From Microcystis aeruginosa NIES-843 (GTDB taxonomy: Bacteria > Cyanobacteriota > Cyanobacteriia > Cyanobacteriales > Microcystaceae), in assembly GCF_000010625.1 (NCBI RefSeq), contig NC_010296.1, forward strand, positions 510,001 through 542,000: a DNA stretch of 32,000 nucleotides, in the 5' to 3' direction. Both the position numbers and the translations under genes were made by a program. This document shows positions 25,992 to 32,000 of the stretch, one piece after another. How positions within the stretch are numbered: the first letter of the stretch is position 1; each line of letters opens with the position of its first letter. The notes under the pieces were generated by a model. That model worked only from the letters and a program-made list of their open reading frames with translations. It searched no databases and had not been told where the DNA came from.

Positions 25992-26380
25992 GATGGTTTT
26001 TTCCTCACACCTTATAGGTTGACTACACAGTTTGACGACGCATATAGCCTTTCTATTCTTTTGCCATTATACACAATTTAATTACTTAGGGAAAGATGCG
26101 ATCTCATTTTTTTTCCCTTGACCGGTTGACAAAGTGGCCACCCTGTCGCTCCTGACGGCACTTAAACAAAAACTAAAGTAGGTTAGAATCCTTACACAGA
26201 GAAAACTTAAGCTCATACAACAGGCTCGTCTAGACGAGTCGGGCAAGGTTCTGTGATTTTGATAACGGCCACTGAACTGGGTTGTCGTCAGGTTAATTGA
26301 TGATTTCTATGGTGGCACTCTTAATATGGAGTGATGTCTAATGGGCAAAACTTAACGCCGATAAAAACAGAGACAAGACC

Positions 26381-26767
26381 ATGAAAAAAAGAAAGATAGC
26401 CAATACACTGCGTAAAGCCTTGCTAGAAGATGGCAAGATGGAACGCGCTCTCTATGAATACGAATTAGAAGAACACATAGACTACTGGTACGAAGGTCTC
26501 AAGTCCGACCGTGATCAGTTTGTCTTTGCCGTCACGGAAAACTCCGGTGATGTGGCAATGGTATTGATTACGCCTGGTAAAACTATCTATGTCAATGAGG
26601 AGGCGAGAGAGAAACTAGCTAAATTCTGGATAAAAGCTTATGAGAATAATATAAATCAACTCATTCCCATGATGGCAGAGAATTTGGCCAATGATATTAT
26701 CTCGGTGACAGGCGTTAAAATGGTGTCCCCAAACCAGAAGCGACGCTGGGTTAGTTTGCGCCCGTAG
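26381..26767 (+). CDS. hypothetical protein (128 aa)
   Basis: A clean ORF with protein-like composition and a basic C-terminus (NQKRRWVSLRP). I recognise no family. Confidence 0.5.
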   Translation: MKKRKIANTLRKALLEDGKMERALYEYELEEHIDYWYEGLKSDRDQFVFAVTENSGDVAMVLITPGKTIYVNEEAREKLAKFWIKAYENNINQLIPMMAENLANDIISVTGVKMVSPNQKRRWVSLRP

Positions 26768-26845
26768 AGTTAAAGTCAAGAAAGGCTCACTTAGGAAAAA
26801 ATTGGTATTAGTTCTGGTTCTGGGGTTCCCAGATGACGGGAAACC

Positions 26846-26887
26846 CTCAAAAACTATCCGCCCTTACCAATTGCTCGGTAAGGGCGG
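26846..26887 (-). terminator. intrinsic terminator (minus strand)
   Basis: A perfect 11-bp stem: CCGCCCTTACC (26858-26868) pairs with GGTAAGGGCGG (26877-26887). On the minus strand it is followed by ATAGTTTTT. It is about 200 nt downstream of the cbiA stop. Confidence 0.6.
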
Positions 26888-27089
26888 TGTAGCGGGTCAT
26901 CGGAATCGACACCAGACTGCCGGAAGGAACTCCAGCTAGTCTAAATCTTGTTTAGACGTGGGGGTCTAGAGAACAGCCCCGGCGCACAGCCAGCTATTGT
27001 CGATTAGGAGACCCATGCTTTTACTACTTTCTACCATCGACATCACCTCCTGTATCCCTTAACGGATTAATTATTGAATTTATCTGTAA

Positions 27090-28466
27090 TTAGCTTAACG
27101 CAGCTGTGCGGAAAAAATCAAGGCCGGCAGCTAAAAATTTTTTCGGCAGGCTGAGGTTAGCCCCAAAATGTAGGTGGAGATAGGAAGCGTGCAGATTCTT
27201 ACCTTGCCACCCTTCGGCATTGATATCACTTTTGGGGAATGCTTGCAGTTGATAAATCGGTGCGTCGCTCACCCCGCTTAATTGGGAGCGATGGAATTCA
27301 TGGCCGCGCACTGGTTGACCTGCTTTGAGCAGGATCGTCTCCTGTTTGGCGATGGCTTGCCGATAACCTAGGGTTAATTTCGGGGACATTATAGCAGATT
27401 GGGGGATTATTTGCAACATAGAATGGTTTTTTTGCTCAAAATCAACTATTTTTTCACATAAATACATTAATCCCCCACATTCGGCGTAGGTGGGCATTCC
27501 AGAGGCGATCGCTTTTCTCACCTGAGTTAAGATAGGGGTGTTAGCCGCTAATTCCGGGGCAAAGATTTCGGGAAAACCGCCACCAAAGTACAACCCTTGC
27601 AGGTTTTCGGGCAAATTTGCCCCTTGCAAGGGACTCCAAAAGATTAATTCCGCGCCTAAATTGGCTAAAATATCGAGATTATCGGGATAATAAAAGTTAA
27701 AAGCCTTATCTCTGGCAATACCGATACGGATAGGGGGAAAAAGCTTATTTTCTTCTGTGGGATTTTTCGGGTTCTCTTGGGGAGAAATAGTGAGTAAAGG
27801 CAAGAGAATGTCCCAATTAAAGCAGTTTTGGGCAATAGAAGCCAGTTGATCTTGCAGTTGCCTGATTTCTCCTAGTTCATCCCTGGGAACCAATCCTAGA
27901 TGGCGATCGGGAATTGTCAGGGAATCTTGACGACGCAAAACCCCGACAATCGGCATATTGATCGATTCTAGGGCGGTTTGCAGTAATTGCAGGTGGCGAT
28001 CGCTGCCAACCCGATTGAGGATAACTCCGGCTAGATGAAGATTTTTGTCTAAAGATTGATAACCGCGGACAATAGCGGCGACAGAGGTAGATAAACGACT
28101 ACAATCGATAACTAACAGCAGAGGAAGCCCTAAAATACGGGCAATATGGGCGGTACTGGCATAATCGGGAAATTGAGTATCGCTTAATTGAATACCATCA
28201 AATAGCCCCATTACCCCTTCAATCAGAGCATAATCGACATTTTGACAATGTTGGGCAAAACCGGTTTTTACATAGTCTTCAGAAGTTAAAACCGGATCGA
28301 GATTGCGACAGGGGCGACCGGTAAAATGACTATGGAACATGGGATCGATATAATCGGGCCCGACTTTAAAAGATTGCACTCGATCGCCACGACTGATTAA
28401 ATAGGCCAAGATTGCCAGAGTAATCGTAGTTTTACCGACTCCGCTTCTTTCTCCTGCGATGATCAT
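27090..28466 (-). CDS. cbiA: cobyrinate a,c-diamide synthase
   Basis: 458 aa. N-terminal P-loop GERSGVGKTTITLAILAYL. C-terminal glutamine amidotransferase domain with YAECGGLMYL (Cys nucleophile) and GHEFHRS. Confidence 0.9.
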   Translation of the reverse strand: MIIAGERSGVGKTTITLAILAYLISRGDRVQSFKVGPDYIDPMFHSHFTGRPCRNLDPVLTSEDYVKTGFAQHCQNVDYALIEGVMGLFDGIQLSDTQFPDYASTAHIARILGLPLLLVIDCSRLSTSVAAIVRGYQSLDKNLHLAGVILNRVGSDRHLQLLQTALESINMPIVGVLRRQDSLTIPDRHLGLVPRDELGEIRQLQDQLASIAQNCFNWDILLPLLTISPQENPKNPTEENKLFPPIRIGIARDKAFNFYYPDNLDILANLGAELIFWSPLQGANLPENLQGLYFGGGFPEIFAPELAANTPILTQVRKAIASGMPTYAECGGLMYLCEKIVDFEQKNHSMLQIIPQSAIMSPKLTLGYRQAIAKQETILLKAGQPVRGHEFHRSQLSGVSDAPIYQLQAFPKSDINAEGWQGKNLHASYLHLHFGANLSLPKKFLAAGLDFFRTAALS

Positions 28467-28730
28467 TATTAGTTGTTTTTTTTCGAGATCGAGCTAGACT
28501 TAATTAACCTGTTACACAATCAATTCTAAGGCTTGCCAACGGCTAATAGAGTCAATTTTGGCCGCTAACTGGTTCCTGTGTCAATCGACTTTTTTTTATT
28601 AGCGGCGAAATCAATTTGACCACGTTTAGGATCATTGTCATCATCTCTAGACAACCGGGAGCATCTCACCTTTGCAATGAGCATAAATACTTAGTGGAAA
28701 AATAGGCTTTTCGAGGGTAATTCTTGTTTT

Positions 28731-30808
28731 AACCCACATTCCGCACCCTAAGTGTCACAACGTCTCAAAAGAGGAAGGGGCGCGAGTCAAAATACTTATC
28801 TAGAGGAGTGAGTTGGCGGCAAGCTGCCGGCAACTAAGCCGAAAATTTCAGAGTTCCCCCGGTCATTCTCAATAAACAGTGCTTGTTGAGAATGACCGGT
28901 CAATCAGACTTAACATCTAGGGGGAGATGTTCCAGTTGCTCGCTTTGTTTTGTCACCCCTTGAAGTCAATCCATCTGGTCAAGATAAGAGATAATATTCT
29001 TGGCAAGGTTTGGGGAAAAATCTCAAAATGTTGCGCCTCTCATCCGTTAAGTTGCTAATCTTTTGATTGTCTTGAATACGGACGAGATGAATCCCTTGAA
29101 AGCACTGAAATATCCAGCGTAATGTTGGTCGGTCAGTTAACTTACCCAACGGATTTTTCAGTCCCGTCTCCTGCTGTTTTAAACTTAAACGAAGTTGTCT
29201 TTGACCAATAGTATAAACCAGCAGGCACAAGCCCATGAGCATGGCCATGACCTCGATTCTATGGGGAGATTTGAGAAAGACACTGTCAGCAAAAAAGCAG
29301 GGGTCTTTGAGAAAAGAAAATCCTCTTTCTGGAGCTTGTTGCCCCTTATATTTTTTGAGTATATCCTCACTGCTCAATCGTTTTTTCTCCAAATCGTTAG
29401 TTGCTAAAACGAATCGTCCTGCTCGTTTCTTTAGCCTCTCAATCGCTGCCAAATTCAACTCTAATTCGGCTTGAACTTGATAGCTTTGAGAGGGCAAATC
29501 GTCTTTTGATTTGAGTTTTGACTGCTGAGACTCAGGCGGAATGAGATTGACTTTAATCTCCGTTAACTGATGAGATTTTAAGGAGTCAGATAATCCTTTG
29601 GCTATCGCCAACGCCACCGCTCTATTCTCAAATTCTCTTCGGGATAGTTGCCGGATTTTTTCTTGGGCAGAATTCTTTTCTTGCTCGATTTTTTTCTCTA
29701 ATTTTTTCAAGTCTGATTCTTGTCTAGCTTGACTTTCAACTAGCAACCATCTTTGTTCTATCCCCCCATAGTTAGAGCTTGTTTCCCGCCAGGAATAACC
29801 CGGTATTTCTGAATCGGTTAACTCTTTTTCTGAGATGCTATCGACTAACTCTTGAGCCTCTTTAATGCTTAATGGTACTCGAGACAACCAACGCATTTCT
29901 TTCATTAGTTTTAAATTCTCTTTGCTATAGAGGGCGCTATCGCCGACTATTAAACTGTCAAAGTCAACTTGTTTTTGAAATTCTCGGGCGATTTGACCAA
30001 AAACCGCTTTGTCCGCTTCATTTCCGTCCCCTACTTTCAGGAATAAAGGTACATCTCCATCCCCACTTACGATTAAGTCAATCATAAATTGTTTTAAGTC
30101 AGGTCTTCGGTCGCGGGAGTATCCGTAGGTAATTTTTATTGGCTGTTGTCTGGTTTCAATTTCTTCTCCCACTGCTCCTGATTTCAGGATTTCTACTGTT
30201 GGGTATTCCTTTTTATATTCTCCTTCTACTGATAGAGAAGTCGAATCTAAATGGGAGTTCTCGGTTGCTACACCAAATTTTTTCACGGCGGCTAAACTGA
30301 TGAGTAGGAAAATGACCGAAACATTAAGTTGATAAAGTTTGTCCATTACTCGACCAATTTTATCATCATTCAAGTGCTTGGGTTCGATGCCCTCTCCCAG
30401 CAGATGTTCGGTTGCTTTATCTTCAAAAAATTGAGGAAATAAATACAAGGCTCGGGAGACAAATCCCAATCCATTCAGGATAATTGCTTTCACTACTTGC
30501 CCCGCTGTGACAATTTCTCCTCGCTCAATTGAGACTTGTTCGTTGATAATTTCAACGATTCCTATTTCATCGATAATTCCGGCTACTAATCCCAGATGGT
30601 CTAGATTTTTGACTTCAATTTCTGTTGATTGATTCATGGTCGAACAGTCCACTCGCCTCAGTTTTCCAACAATTCCTATTTTTTCATAATTAGGGGTCTC
30701 AAGACCCCCCTAGCGGCCACCGAGAAAACCTTCACCAGCTAGGTATTTTTACTCAAGTCTCTGGCGGGGGACAGCTTATGTGACAGTTGAGGGTGCGGAA
30801 TGTGGGTT
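28731..30808 (-). mobile_element. IS1634-family insertion sequence (~2.08 kb)
   Basis: The IRs are AACCCACATTCCGCACCCT (28731-) and AGGGTGCGGAATGTGGGTT (-30808). TAATTCT occurs close to both ends (28718-28724 and 30810-30816) and is a possible TSD. A perfect 14-bp hairpin (28859-28899) lies after the transposase stop. Confidence 0.85.
28979..30652 (-). CDS. IS1634-family transposase
   Basis: 557 aa. The N-terminal NLDHLGLVAGIIDEIGIVEIINE is characteristic. There is a long charged coiled-coil insertion (EQEKNSAQEKIRQLSRREFENR) inside the DDE domain. Confidence 0.9.
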   Translation of the reverse strand: MDCSTMNQSTEIEVKNLDHLGLVAGIIDEIGIVEIINEQVSIERGEIVTAGQVVKAIILNGLGFVSRALYLFPQFFEDKATEHLLGEGIEPKHLNDDKIGRVMDKLYQLNVSVIFLLISLAAVKKFGVATENSHLDSTSLSVEGEYKKEYPTVEILKSGAVGEEIETRQQPIKITYGYSRDRRPDLKQFMIDLIVSGDGDVPLFLKVGDGNEADKAVFGQIAREFQKQVDFDSLIVGDSALYSKENLKLMKEMRWLSRVPLSIKEAQELVDSISEKELTDSEIPGYSWRETSSNYGGIEQRWLLVESQARQESDLKKLEKKIEQEKNSAQEKIRQLSRREFENRAVALAIAKGLSDSLKSHQLTEIKVNLIPPESQQSKLKSKDDLPSQSYQVQAELELNLAAIERLKKRAGRFVLATNDLEKKRLSSEDILKKYKGQQAPERGFSFLKDPCFFADSVFLKSPHRIEVMAMLMGLCLLVYTIGQRQLRLSLKQQETGLKNPLGKLTDRPTLRWIFQCFQGIHLVRIQDNQKISNLTDERRNILRFFPKPCQEYYLLS

Positions 30809-31177
30809 TTAATTCTCCATGTACGCAGTCTTTAAAAGCCTCTATTTCGTTCCAAGACACGATTAAGAGTGGCTTTTAGGCTAAGTATAATTACTTATCG
30901 CGTAAGTGAGATGCTCCCTAGACAACCAGCTATTGTTCTGACTTTCCCAAAAACCAGAGACTTCCTCCCCCACCATTAAGATAGGCTAAGACGCATTTTA
31001 ACCGCCTATCCTTAAGATTGGCTAAATCTCCTCAAATCCCTTTACTGTTGCAAGAGTGCCTCATCTCAACAAGCAATTTAAATTCGCGGGCAGCTTAAGT
31101 AGGGAGGCACAATTATTTGTAGTGGACTGTTTCAGCTAAAATAGGGCAATAGCTCGAACAAGCAGAGGACATCAATC

Positions 31178-32000
31178 ATGGGAAGAGGTCGGCGAGATAA
31201 AGTCAATCTAACAGGGGAACAAAGAGAAAACCTCGAACAAATCAGTCGTAATGGCTATGCACCAGCTAAAAAAATTCTCCACGCTCGGATTTTGCTGATG
31301 TGTGACGAGGGAGAACAGGCGAAAAGGAAATGGACAGATGAAGAAATAGGCGAAGCTTTAGAAGTTCATAGAAATACAGTGGGACGTATTCGTCAAAGAT
31401 TTCTTCAAAAAGGCGAAAAACCAGCATTAGAACGGAAATCGAGAAAAACTCCCCCCACTCCGGCAAAAGTTGATGGAGCCGCCGCCGCCCAAATCATTGC
31501 CCTGTGCTGTTCGGAGCCACCATCTGGCCGAGCCGAGTGGACAATCCGACTATTAACCTCGGAACTCAAACAAAGACAAATTATCACCGAGATTTCCAGT
31601 CCAACGGTGTGGCGTACTCTAAAAAAAACCAATTACGCCCTTGGAAAACCCAAAGATACTGTATTCCGGAACAGGATTTAGCCCGATTTGTTGCCCAGAT
31701 GGAAGTTGTCCTTGACCTGTATGGCACTCAGCCATCGGAAGAAGAACCGTTAATCGCGATGGATGAAGCATCAAAGCAACTACTTGGAGAAGTTTACCCT
31801 CCGATACCCATGCAACCTGGACAAGATAAAAAAGAAGACTATCACTATAGTCGTGAAGGGGTTCAAGCCTTGTTCATGTTTTTTGACCCCCATCGAGGAT
31901 GGAGACGGGTGAGTAACCGAGATAGTCGAACCCGAATAGATTGGGCAGAAGAAATTCGTCAATTATTGGATGTGGACTATCCAAAGGCTCGAAAAGTCAA
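31178..32000 (+). CDS. IS630-family transposase, two frames joined by a -1 shift at an A8 run, truncated by the window end
   Basis: Frame A (31178-31681) is the HTH part. After CTAAAAAAAACC (A-run 31621-31628) the -1 frame reads KNQLRPWKTQRYCIPEQDLARFVAQMEVVLDLYG...IAMDEASKQLL...DYHYSREG, the IS630 catalytic part, and stays open to 32000. Confidence 0.85.

Larger units (their letters stand above)
28657..30918. mobile_element. MITE (~184 bp without its passenger) with 13-bp perfect IRs and a 9-bp TSD, carrying a nested IS1634 element
   Basis: GGGAGCATCTCAC (28657-28669) and GTGAGATGCTCCC (30906-30918) are the IRs. They are flanked by TAGACAACC at 28648-28656 and 30919-30927. Confidence 0.8.

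Noticed and set aside
26830-26844. Hammerhead-like CAGATGA...GAAAC
   Set aside because: The first box deviates from CUGAUGA, and there is no room for helix II between the boxes.
26989-27000. 11-mer CCAGCTATTGT shared with 30926-30936, both near TCTAGA.AAC
   Set aside because: Chance 11-mer repeats are expected many times in 32 kb. The flanks do not align, so I treat it as coincidence.
26895-27013. Calling this a cobalamin riboswitch
   Set aside because: Only fragments match: AGGAGACC on the plus strand, and GGTG..TTCC..CCCGCTAC on the minus strand. The fragments lie on opposite strands, the GGGAA and GCCACTG elements are missing, and the position is 3' of cbiA. I keep it as an unassigned structured region instead.

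Overview
This looks like cyanobacterial chromosomal DNA. It has many HIP1 GCGATCGC palindromes, heptanucleotide STRR-like arrays, PEP-CTERM proteins and an SLH/OprB porin. The gene content and IS load look Microcystis-like to me, but that is an impression and not a search result. The housekeeping genes are ruvC, a UDP-GlcNAc 2-epimerase, a MlaD/MlaF-like ABC pair, a CrtD-like desaturase, a double histidine phosphatase, a Rho_N/DUF4912 protein, an AlsS-like acetolactate synthase, a GT2 glycosyltransferase, a CoA-binding protein, a porin and cobyrinate a,c-diamide synthase. They are interleaved with unusually dense mobile DNA. That includes one complete group II intron and six transposase-bearing IS elements or remnants: an IS4-like fragment, an unassigned DDE IS with 21-bp IRs, an internally deleted IS110 remnant, IS701, IS1634, and an IS630 running off the window. 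There are also at least three MITEs. Two are resolved to the base: a 91-bp TA-flanked MITE that splits a PEP-CTERM gene in frame, and a MITE with a 9-bp TSD that itself hosts the IS1634 copy. I recognised no rRNA, tRNA or CRISPR array. I did not find a convincing new multi-gene system such as a defence-type operon. The most interesting unexplained items are three. First, a G10 homopolymer in codons 2-5 of a PEP-CTERM surface-protein gene, with a tandemly duplicated promoter/leader. Second, a structured GC-rich region of about 250 nt plus a 23-25 codon ORF downstream of cbiA. Third, a 17x GGAGAYA heptamer array. All family names come from motif recognition by eye and none has been verified by a database search.
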